The notes under the pieces were generated by a model, which was given only the letters and a program-made list of their open reading frames with translations, was not told where the DNA came from and made no database searches. Position numbers and translations under genes: made by a program. From contig NC_042997.1 in the NCBI RefSeq assembly GCF_006345805.1, positions 57,784,001 to 57,848,000 on the forward strand: a stretch of DNA of 64,000 nt, read 5' to 3'. The DNA comes from Octopus sinensis. Lineage: Eukaryota. How positions within the stretch are numbered: the first letter of the stretch is position 1; the number at the start of each line of letters is the position of its first letter. Below, piece after piece: positions 12,390-24,030 of the stretch.

Positions 12390-13441
12390 TTATTTTAAGT
12401 TCAAATCCCGCGCGATCTACATTGTCTTTTTATACTTCCGGAAGTCAATTAGATAGGTACTAGTCTCGTATTGACTATAACTGTTTCTTCTGCAACATGT
12501 AAATAAAAAAAAACCCCAAAATCCCCGCGCGCACACGCGTACATATATGTATCACATATGATTGGGGAAAGGAAAATTTTGGGGGCTGCCTGCTATTTAA
12601 AAATTTTAAGTAGGTTCTGGCATATTTAGTGTAGAAAGTCAAGGCATTTTTAATTAAAAATATGCGTTTGCATTTAGATAGAGAAAATGGTACTTGCAGG
12701 ATTTTATACGAATGTATGCGTGCGCGAGGATATGTATGTATATGTATAATGAGGACATCAGAGTTGAACATGTTACTAAATTTGCAAAGAAACGATTTAG
12801 CTTTTTTTAATTATTTGATCTAAAACTTAACTATATAAATATTCATTTATTCGAATTCTACTTTATAGTATATTTATAGGGTTTAAAGAATTATTGCATC
12901 TCTCTTCTTTAACACTGTATTTCTTGTTTTTTATGTAACACATGGTTCATATCACTAATGCTAACATTTTATTTGTCTAATCTCAGATATGGATTCCTTG
13001 TACACGAATATGAGTGTTTAAAGAGAGAGTAAGAGGAAGACTCATGACCAAACGAAATTTAAAAAATTAAGTGAAAACAGACATAGGAGGGTAATAAACC
13101 AGTGAGAGTAAGATAAAATACTTAGTCAGAAAGAGATATCGGATGGAGAGAGTAAAAAAAGAAAATCAAGAGGGGGAAGTGTGTGAGAGAAAAAAAAGTA
13201 AATAAGTCAATCTGTATGAATAATAAGAAAAGGAAAGAAAAATACAATCTATGTATGAGGAGAGTGCTGACACCAACCAATCAGATCCAAGGACACAGAC
13301 AGATATTATGTTAATTAGATCGCCATTTTTAATACCGGTTTGATACTATTGCAGTGCGTCGTATTTTGGCTCTAGCTTTTTATCGTCGTTCATTATTATA
13401 GTTATTTGCTTGCTGTTGATACCATACAAGACTTTAATCAG
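12390..13441 (+). promoter_or_regulatory. Candidate housekeeping-type, possibly bidirectional promoter and first non-coding exon of the NKRF-like gene
   Basis: Local CpG enrichment (cccgcgcg, cgcgcgcacacgcgt, gcgtgcgcg). Palindromic double ETS site ACTTCCGGAAGT at 12434-12445. NF-Y box AACCAATCAG (CCAAT 13277-13281). YY1-type CGCCATTTT at 13321-13329. Donor CAG|gtatat at 13441/13442. Confidence 0.55.
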
Positions 13442-16400
13442 GTATATGAAACGAATGACTTCTGTTGTTAAACTTTGTCTTTTTTTTAAAATTATTATTT
13501 GTTAAATATCTTTGGCAAAAAAAATCTCATCGCGCCTGTGTGACACCGACATTTTCCTCCTTCAGTGATGTCGATAACCCAGTCGCCGTCTTTGTCTCTT
13601 TCCTCCAATTTTTTCCCCCCTTTATTTTATATAATTTTTTTTATTATTTCGCTAGTATGATTTTTTTTACTATGTCGATTTTCATGTATTTGTACCCCCT
13701 CTTGTTTTTTATTATTTTATCGCCTCAGTTTTCTTGACCTAATTCGTTGTTGCTTCACGTGTTTCTCTCTGACGTTCGTCATCAAGAAACATTGGATACA
13801 CGTTATTTAATCTAATTGTAATTATTTTCTCTTCCCTCACCGAGTCGTTATTTTTCCTATTTGTAGCTTTTTCACACCCTCTATGTCGCTAACGAGTGGC
13901 ACATTTTTATCCTTTCATACACGAGGCTTTGCATCATTTTTTATTAGCTTTTACTTATTTCATTTTAAAATTGTTAGTATTTTAAATTTTGCTGGACTCC
14001 ACTCGAATCTAGATCGTGATTTGCATTTCACAATTAGCTGAAGCAGAGCCATCAGTCTTGTACAGCGGTTATCCCAACTTAGTTTCGAGATTTTTCTTTG
14101 CTAACATTCGCATCGGTTTACACTCCTTTATTCAAGAAATAGATTAACGTCGTAGTTTCTTATTTAACCCAGTCCTTATATATCATTACCTCTTTAATAA
14201 ATCTTCATTCTTTTCTGTAAGTTTTCTCTTTTCGCCTAAAGTCGCATTGAAGCATCAATTAAAAATTGAATATCATAGACATAGCTACATCCTCTGCTTT
14301 TTCGTTTTTTACTTTCAACTTCTGGAAATGTTAATGTTTTACATGTACTTTTGATCAGTACCTATGTTGAAAAAGAAAACCTAATTCGTTTACAGTTCAT
14401 AAAGTAGCCTGTAGACTCGCTTTGTATGAGTAAGCTGGGCACGGAGTAGCCATCTTGAAGAAGCCTATAATAGATTTTTCAGTTTAAATCACTGCTCTTC
14501 ATTGCACATGTCTGTGTGCATGCGTATGTAGTGTATCTATGCATGCTTTCTAAATTCATATCTTTCCTGAAAGCGTATCTGGAAGATTGCATATCCACTT
14601 CGTGTATGTAAGTACATAGCTATCTACTTTATAGAATGTGATGTGACAACTGAAAATATCACTTCGGCATTATTTTTCGACGTAATTGTGGTTTTTGTCA
14701 TTATGCAGATGTTTTAAACGTTTGTTAGCGAAAGTAATACGTACACCCGGTGTTTAGGGTTTAATGTTAGCATTACAGTTACAGTTTTTGTTACGCCGAA
14801 AATTGGTCGTGTACGTATTTCTTTCCGCCCCTTTGTCATTTCATCTCTCATGGCCAAGCTTATATCTAAAGTCATTCAGTTGCCTCTTTCTTGGGGGGGT
14901 GTGCGTATGTGTTACACACAGTTATGTCTACTTATGGACTTAATTTCCTTCGCAACAATCGACTTCTTTCTGGTGGTGCTTGACGTTAAAAAGTACTTTG
15001 AATATTTTTTATTCATCCTGTTTTAAAATATCTCTAGTTCGATTTTAATTACCATGTCTAATTTCGTGACAAGCATACTTACTTACGTTGCTGTCAGACA
15101 GGAAATTCTGAATATTAAGCTTTTATGTATATAAACGTGGTTCTAATTTTTCTGTGAAACTGAAGATAAAATTATATAGAATGCATTACTCTAATCCTTT
15201 TATGTCCTTCCAATCTAAAATTACCCAAATATTGCGGTATCCTCTGATACACGTAAACGTGATAATGTTTGCCTTAAGAGAGAAAAAACCTCAGGCGAAT
15301 TGGACCCACGGAGCAGGTTTTCATTGTTTAATTGCCAATCGACTACTGTTTTGTATTTGCGTACATGAAAAATTACTAGTATTAGACCATTAACTTTAAT
15401 TCACCGAGTTTTAATTTTCTTTTCGTTTTTGAAATTTTTTAAGGTGGAGTTTTGAGATTCGTTCGTATTTGAAATCCTTTCTTTACCTAAAGCATCATTT
15501 CGTGAATTCAAATAAACATTGTAAAGAAATTACTTTTTTTTTCTCTCCAGGTCATGTATGGGCTTTCACGTTAAACCAATGCCACTTTACAAAACTGGTG
15601 TCAATAAGTGTTTTTATTTTTGCTTCACAGTCTTAGTTGACAATGTTATAGGTAATTTTTTAAAATAGCCTTCGAATAACAATATTAGATGAATTCTGTA
15701 AAATTATCGAAGGTACGGGTTCAGTTGCACCTCAATAAATGTAATTTGCTTCAGGAAAAAATTGAATTGTTAATCGGCCTTGTCCTCATGAAAAGAAAAA
15801 GTGAACTTGTAGATGTGGGTCTCGGGTATACCAAACATAGGCAAACTGTTATATTACTAAACACAGGAAGTGATTAATGGAAGTTTAATAAGAGATTTTA
15901 TATTGAAAATACTTCAAGAATTATTTCCCCTAGCTTCAATGTAAATTTTATCTCGCTACGAAAGTAACATGAATTTCAAATCCGAGGTCTAAGGACTAAA
16001 TGAGTTCAATGGACCTAGGGATATTGTCAAGGTATCAAGTCTATAGAATATCCTTGGTATTATGTAAGACTTGGTTTATAATTTAAAAAAAAAACACCCC
16101 CATGCTATTTTGGAAGGACATATAGGAAGGGACTATATGTATCAGTTATTGCATTTCTTATATATATTTAATGTAATTCTTATACTGTTAATTTTTTTCT
16201 TTTATTGCAGTAGTTCTTGTATAAGTATGGCAAGTTAAACCAAGAGATATTCATACGATGGATCTCTCGTGAAACTAAACGGGTCACTGCATGTTCTGAC
16301 TGAAATTAAAATGATGTTAAATAAATTTTTGTATTTTGATTTTTGCCAATAAAATATTACTTTCCTTCTGCAAGATTAGTAAATTTCAGTTATTTACAGG

Positions 16401-16516
16401 TTCTGCCACTAAATAATGGTGTTTTAATTTTCTTAGTTATCTTTTGATTTTATTCACACCGGAAGCGTGAAGAACGAATATTTGGCTTAAATGCAAGTTT
16501 TTTTTTTCCTCTGCAG

Positions 16517-16546
16517 GTCTCGGGTCTCTCACATGTGGATGTGGTG
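16517..16546 (+). other. Candidate short non-coding leader exon
   Basis: Strong acceptor tttttttcctctgcag| and donor GTG|gtatgt; no coding potential. Confidence 0.4.
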
Positions 16547-16638
16547 GTATGTGTAAGCATACACTGCATGTGTGTGTGTGTATGTATATATATATAAGCA
16601 TATAGTTTATATGTATATATTGCTTATATGTATGTATA

Positions 16639-16987
16639 TATATCGCATAGACATGGTTTGTGTATGAATATATCGCATAGACATGGCTTGTGTGCATATG
16701 TCGCATAGACATGGCTTGTGTGCATATATCGCATAGACATGGCTTGTGTGCATATATCGCATAGACATGGCTTGTGTGCATATATCGCATAGACATGACG
16801 TGTGTGCATATACACGGTTTATATATGGGCATATGTTGCATATACATGGTTTATATGTGGGCATATGTTGCATATACATGGTTTATATGTGGGCATATGT
16901 TGCATGGACATGGTCGGTATGTGGGTATATGTCACACGGACACAGTCGATATGTGGGTATATGTTGCACAGACACAGTTTGTGTAAA
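16639..16987. repeat. Minisatellite of 28-bp then 32-bp units (about 12 units), grading into cryptic TA/TG repeat to ~17540
   Basis: tatatcgcatagacatggcttgtgtgca repeated, then tatgttgcatatacatggtttatatgtgggca repeated. Confidence 0.95.
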
Positions 16988-18044
16988 TGTATTTCATATA
17001 GCTTATGTGTATATGTATATTGCATATATATAGTTTATATATGTGTATGTATATTGCATGTATGTTTTACATGTATATATAGCTTGTATATGTATACATT
17101 GCAGGTATATGGTTGTGTGTATATATATATTGCATATACATAATTGGTATGTATATATATATATATGCTGTATATTGATGTTTACTGCTTATACAGTTTG
17201 TTTGTGTGTATATATATATAGTGCATATATGCAGCAATTATACACTGTAGTATACATATCTGAACATCGTATGTATGTATGGTGTACATATTTACTGCAT
17301 ATATTCATATACAGCTTATATATTGTATATGCATGTACTGTGTATCATATATATCCATGTATATATTGCAAAAATATATATGCATACATACAAATATATA
17401 TTATTGAATGTTACGGATATGTATATCTGTAAGTGTATATATATGTATATGATTGCAATTTTAAACTAATACATGTAAACATAGTTTAGAATTGTAATAT
17501 TGATGTGTGCATATATATATACACACATGCACATGTGAATATAAAAAGTATATATATTTAGGGATGCACATATTCCGTAAGTGAAGTTTTAATTCATATT
17601 ATGAAAAGAAAATGTCAAAATGATTTTTCAGTCATTTTAACATTGCTCATAATGTAATTTACTTTTGTTTACATGTTTATATTGATCTTGGGGTGAATCT
17701 GTAGGGAAAAGATGCTGATGAAGCATTCACATGTTACTGACATTGAAGCAAATGGATCTGAAATTTAAAAAAAAATTTTTGTTTTCAAAGTATTACGAAC
17801 GGCTTGTTTTGAAACTATTGAGAAAGGAGTTGAGCTCTGCTTACTTCAACAAGCTTTCTAAAGAAGGAAAAATTACTTTTTCTAAAAGTAACTGTTTTCA
17901 GCCACTTACATAAGTTGGGTGTAAGTTGGTTGGTTTGCTAGTCAGTGTCTAAGTACCGGCTTTACCCCAAGTTCTATACACTTGCTGACAGTCTAATATT
18001 TTCTTTATTTTTCCCTCTTCTGCCACCAACACATTTTTAAATAG

Positions 18045-18145
18045 GTTCACGAGAAAAGAAGCTGAGAAGGTTGGGAAATATTTCTTGTAAAGCAGCAAGA
18101 CACCTGGCAGTGCTAACAAAGAGTAAAAGCCATTGTAAAGATTTG
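18045..18145 (+). other. Candidate non-coding leader exon
   Basis: Pyrimidine tract then aaatag|, purine-rich body, donor TTG|gtatgt. Confidence 0.4.
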
Positions 18146-21100
18146 GTATGTGACAGTTAGTGGTTGTGATGTGGTAGGAGACTTTGTTTTAAAGAAATTA
18201 CAGATTTATCTAATGCTGCATTTGCTATTGTACATACAATGCAACATTAGGTATCTGTTATTTCAGTCACTAGGTCTTCTGCCTCATCACAGACCTAAAA
18301 ACATTCATATTCATTTTGCTACAAGTAAATCCAAATTATACAAAATTATTTTGCTATTTACACTTTTATATTCTTTGTGTAGATTAAAGGGTTAGACATT
18401 AACAGATTATACCAGTTTACTTATAAAATTTTTGCTCTTTGTGGTGTTAAAATATTTTTTATACTAATTTTAGCTAATAGTTTATTATAAAGGTTTTTGT
18501 TTTTTTATGTATTTTATTTAGTTGTTTTCTGGTGTGTTGTATTTGATTTACATTAATTTCATATTTATACAGGCACTACACTTTGAGGATGGGTATTTCT
18601 ATAAGTTAGATGGTAGATAATTTTAATTTCTTTTTTTTTTTTTTTCTTTATCATAGCCACTGATTGAGTTAATTTGGATTTACTTGTTGCTGCTCTTTTG
18701 TTTAAAAGGGATTCCAATAGTCTTGTGGGCTTTTGGTTTACCTTTTATATTGTATTTTTGTTTATTGTCACTGTTTGTTTCTGATGAACTACAACACTGC
18801 TGTGCATTGATTTCATCTCAGAAACAAACTAATATACTGCTATGTACATATTGTCACTCTCCAGTATCAGAAAGCTGCTGTATAAGAAAACACTTGCACA
18901 AAAAAAAAAAATAGTATTCAGAAATTAAACACTAAATACACTTTTATGCATTAGTTAGCCCTAATTCTAAATGAATCAGTCCTCCATTAAATATGTCTTT
19001 AAGATAAATTTATACACTTCTGAAATTAAAAACATTGAATATAGTCAAGATGAATATACTTGGCATGCTCCAAAATGGTTATATGACACTATCCCAATGC
19101 TGAAATGGGTGTGGAATACAAAAAGAACTGCAGTGACTAATTGGGCTAAAGTTTCTTCTGTAATTTATACCAGCTTCAACTGTTAAGAGAAATTACAAGT
19201 TTAAGGTGTGATTAGTAATTAAAGCATGTGTGGGGTAATGTTTCAGATGTAGCTGTATCACTGGTTTCTGAAGACTAACATTTACCTTTAGGATTTTAAC
19301 ATCTTTAACAAAACTCAATACTTGACAGGTTATCTAAATTTTGAATGTAACCCATTACAATATTTCAGTTGAAATACACTACCTTTGTTTTAGTTAATTT
19401 TGAAATTAATAAACTTAGTAAAATAACTTTTTAAGCTGGTATTTGGAACATAAATTAACACAGTTAAATAGGTTTTAAGATTACTTAAAACAAGAAGATT
19501 GTAACATAGCATCAAGAGATGTCTTGGGGTATCATAATGATTAAATAGCAAAGAGCAAAAAACAAATTAAGACATATCAGGGTTTCATATAATTTATATT
19601 TGTCTTGGTTACTGGCCCTAATTTTGGTTTAAAGAAACTGCTGAACTAAGAATATAAAGCTTGATGGATTTTTTTTTATTACGATAATGATAATAACTTG
19701 CATGTTAAGGATGTGAATGATATGCATAATTCATGTTGGTGTCTGAATTCTTAGAAGCATTGTCAATGTGACAGATTTTTGCATTTTTCCATGAGTTTTT
19801 AAGATGAATTTATTTGACCAGGATACAAGATTTAGCTTAAGAGTTATCCAATTGTTTCAGTATTTAGGTAACTTAAAGGCAAAAGATACTGTACTTTAGA
19901 AGAAATTTAGTGTTTTCAAACCAAGTAATTGTGGGTGTTGGAAAATCTTTAGCACAACTAAAACTTAAATTTACCAATTTGAATAATTTTACTGTATATG
20001 ACTACATCTACATATATCAATTTTGTGAAGAGCCTTGCTAAAAAAAAAGTTCCTTAATAATTTATATTAAAATTATATTTTACAATAAATCTTACACAAA
20101 CATTAAGGTACTAAAAAATTTGGAGTTTGTTTCATTAATGCATATATATGTGTGTGTGTATATGAATATACACACACATGCATATACATGTTAAAATAGT
20201 ATTACACTATATATTTTCTTTTATTCACCACTTAGAAATGAGCAAGATCCCATTTCCCATATTGGTAAGACTCTTAATTGTTGGGCATGCTCCTGGCAAG
20301 GAATGTTAAGATTTTAGGATTCTCTTGTTCCAATCTGGTTTTTAATTTGCAGAATTTAGTTTTTGGTTGGGTGAAATACCACTTTCCTAAAGTTTCTGCT
20401 TTGCTGTCCACCACAGGTTCTCCCTGGGGCTCTAGTCTGCACTGGTGGATGGTCATTCTTCCAAGCATGGTGAGGAATTTCTTATTGCATAAATTATGCA
20501 CTGCAGTGGCTGCTCTATTGTGTTAATTTTTTTCCTTAAAGTTGTATAACATCTTAGTCCAAATTTTTCCTAAAAGCAAGTAAAAACCCTTTATGAATAG
20601 ATAGCTGTTAATTTAGAACTCCCATTTCACATTGAATCATTGCTTTGCTCCTTTTCAAGCTCTACTTCCTCTCCTAATATTTCCACTGGTTTGTGGTGTG
20701 CCAATGCATATTGCTCTTGGAATATTAATGTACAGTTACCAGTCTCACTATTTTTATTCCTTCTGTCTTGGCACATCTAATAGAATTGGTACAATACCAA
20801 CTTTGTTTGCATTAGGTTGTCCTATTGCTATATTATCTTTCTAATTTGTCTAATAGCTCTATTCAATTCTATTTCCTGCTTTGCACATTTGGTAAGGCTC
20901 ACCTTAAAAGTAATTGAAAAAAAGTCTTGCTGTCTAAAAGTAATTTATTGAACTGGAGCTGACAAGTAGCATAGAACTGGTTTGCAGATTGTTTCCTTTT
21001 GTTATTAATATAAATATATTTTATTTTGCTATTGCTATTAGTCTGTTTATCTGATTTATTATCCAAGTTTTATTGTAACACCGCTTTTAGATTTTAGTTG

Positions 21101-21248
21101 TTACTTAGATGAATATTTTTGGCTGGGTTGCTTAATTTTTTGCATCCAGAGTTGCACTTGGTTAATTTTTTTCCCCATAGATTTTAAGCCTGATAAAATT
21201 AAATAGGAAACATTAATTTTAATATTAAATTTAAACTGAAATGTATAC

Positions 21249-21291
<43 letters not shown>

Positions 21292-22334
21292 TATATATAT
21301 ATATATTGCATTCTTTATGAAATTAATCAGATGTTTCAGTTATATTTGGAAATTTGGTTAAAAGACTTATGGCTAATAAAATATATTTTATTGAAGACAG
21401 CATGCATTTTTCTTTGGCTTGAACTTGAAACGGTCTGCATGCTTGTTTATAGAAAGATATTCCCTTTCTTACTAAGCCATCATATCTAACATTTCAATTT
21501 TCTGTACATCAAAACATATTTAAGTAATAAGCTTATAACCAATGTTTGATTTTATTTTCCTTATAAGCATTTAATATAGGCTTATTCTGACTTCTGCTTT
21601 CTTTCTGACTTACTAACCTCCCTCCAGTTCATGTTTTGCTTAATTCTCATTTCAAAATTAGATTACAAGTGTTGATTTTGTTAAATGATTTTAAGTTGAC
21701 ATTCTAATTGGTATATTTGTTTTGAATATGCGTTTCAATATTTGTTGCACATTTTTTATGTTACATAAACCCCACTCCTAATATTTAACACTCAGAGGTA
21801 AGCTGAGCTACAGTTGCTTATACTTAATTTCTTAGGAATTTAACTAGTTTTCTGTTATTTGTTTTATTAGCTATCACATTAATTAGAATACTAAAGATTC
21901 AAGTATTGAGTACTGCTTTAATGCTAAAGCTTACATGTTTAGTTGTTTTTTGAGCAACTTATAACTTAACTAAAAGCTTTGTATCTGCTTTCTTAAAAAC
22001 GTTGGGAATTTTACAGAAATATAATTTGGTATTAGACACCCTTGCATTTTTTTTTACCCCTACAAAGATCAGTTTATTTCTAAGTGGTTTATAAAGTTAA
22101 TATGAAAATATAGTTTACTCTTTAAATAAATTTAGATGAAAAACAGTTTAAATGCTTTAGATTTAGGTAAAGAGTTGGAGCTCATTGCTATGAAATATTT
22201 GAGGATGTTAGGAGAATGAACCTTATTCTAAGTTATGGGCACTCTGTGAAATTTTATTGCACATTTTGTAAATCAACTTGTATTTGAAAGTTTGAGGAAT
22301 GTAACATTTTAATTTCATTCAATCATTGAACTGT

Positions 22335-22548
22335 GAGACCATGCTGGGAAAATGTCTTCTAAGTTATAACTCACTCAATCTAAGATTTCTTCCAGCTTCA
22401 TGTTCTGAGTTTAAATTCCACTGAGGTTGACCTTATCTTTCATCCTTTTGGGGTTTGATAAAATAAGTATCAGTTGAGCACTGGGGTTGATGTAATCGAC
22501 TTAACCTTGCCTCCAAAATTTCAGGCCTTGTTCCTTTAGTAGAAAGAT
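22335..22548 (+). mobile_element. Second tRNA-derived SINE family copy (others at ~1700-2195 minus, ~30060-30170 minus, ~60440-60600 plus)
   Basis: gttctgagtttaaattccactgaggttgacc...gataaaataagtatcagttgagcactggggttgatgtaatcgac shared among copies. Confidence 0.7.
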
Positions 22549-23722
22549 TGATAAATCTTGGAAAGGGGAAGTTGAGACTTAGCATAAGCATGTAACCAAG
22601 CAACATAAAATATTTTGTCAGTACTTCTGACATAAGAAATTTTAAAAACTTGTTTATTTATGGAATTCAGGAATACTATTCCAAAGATCAGTTTTCTCTG
22701 AGCTACAGTAAGATGAAATTAATTTTCCTAATGATTTGAACCTGACTACAAGTTAATATTAATTGTAGTATTGTTTGAAATTCCAGCTAGTAGCTTTCCT
22801 AATTTCCACTGATTGTAAACTGAAAGTAGTTATTATTTAACCTGATGGGTAGGATAAAACAAGTAAAATTATATTCACCTGGATGTCTCTTGCAAAGCTT
22901 GAAACAATGACCAATACTGGAAAACCAAGAGACGTCTTGGGGGTATCATAAGGATTAAATAGCAAACAAAAAACAAATTAAAACATATCAGGGTTTCATA
23001 CAATTTATTTGTCTTGGTTACTGGCCCTAACTTTGGTTTAATGAAACTGCTGAACTAAGGATATAAAGCTTGATGGATTTTTTTTTATTACGATAATGAT
23101 AATGACATTATCAGAAAATACAAAGTAATAACGACTAAGTGAATTAAGAGTTTAAAGTTCCTTTCCCAGAAAAAAAAAATTTCTGCTTCATATGTTTTCT
23201 CTTAGATATAATAGGACATGTAAAAATATGGTATATTACATGTAACTGACTAATGTGGAAGAATGGAAGAGTAGAATAAACCATTTAACTTAACCCTTTT
23301 GTTAGTATATTTTTGTTGAAATACACTGTCTTTGTTTCAGTTAGTTTTTAAAATAATGAATTTAACAATTTCAATATCAAGCTGGTGTTTGAATCATAAA
23401 TTTATATGATTGGAGGCTTTGTTAGATCACTTTAAAACAGGAAGCAGTCATAAAATCAGGGGCAGTCTGAGGTGGGTTGGTACCAAAAGGCTTTTTCTGC
23501 TACACTACACTAGTTGAAAACCAACCTTTTTATAGTATAACAATAATAGTGTATAGTTATATGTATATCATACGGCTGGTATGTAATTTACATTAAAAAG
23601 GATCTAAATTAGATTTTGTTTGTACACGACTTGAACAGTTTCTATTATTGTTTTACCTGAAATCATCCTTATTTTAGATTTTTAATTAAAGCTTTCTTGC
23701 TGCCTTGTATGGTATTGACTGT

Positions 23723-24030
23723 ACTTCTTTTTAGAATGTAATTTGGGTGAGATTTGGTAGTTATTTTCTAACATATATGAATGCCTTTGCTGGACTGTAG
23801 TGATTACTACTGGCTATTAGTTATAGGCTCAAAGGGCCAATATGTTTAGACAAGTTTAGTTGAACAAATTCACCCCACTTCTTTTTAGAATGTAATTTGG
23901 GTGAGATTTGGTAGTTATTTCTAACATATATGAATGCCTTTGCTGGACTGTAGTGATTACTACTGGCTATTAGTTATAGGCTCAAAGGGCCAATATGTTT
24001 AGACAAGTTTAGTTGAACAAATTCACCCCA
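23723..24030. repeat. Near-perfect tandem duplication of a 154-bp self-complementary unit
   Basis: Units start at 23723 and 23877 and differ by one T in a homopolymer. Confidence 0.95.

Noticed and set aside
16536-16547. tggatgtggtgg, complementary to the conserved 18S segment targeted by U14
   Set aside because: Lies in a candidate exon with no box C or D nearby; a 10-12 nt match is expected by chance.
16639-16987. 28-32 bp repeat array superficially CRISPR-like (also 53359-53600)
   Set aside because: Head-to-tail units with no unique spacers, eukaryotic context, no cas genes.
17715-17761. Box C/D-like CTGATGA...CTGA...CTGA
   Set aside because: Only 47 nt, no terminal stem, and I could not match either guide to rRNA or snRNA.
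23785-23845. AUGA followed by a helix, SECIS-like
   Set aside because: No GA on the 3' side of the quartet, no apical AA, and intronic location.
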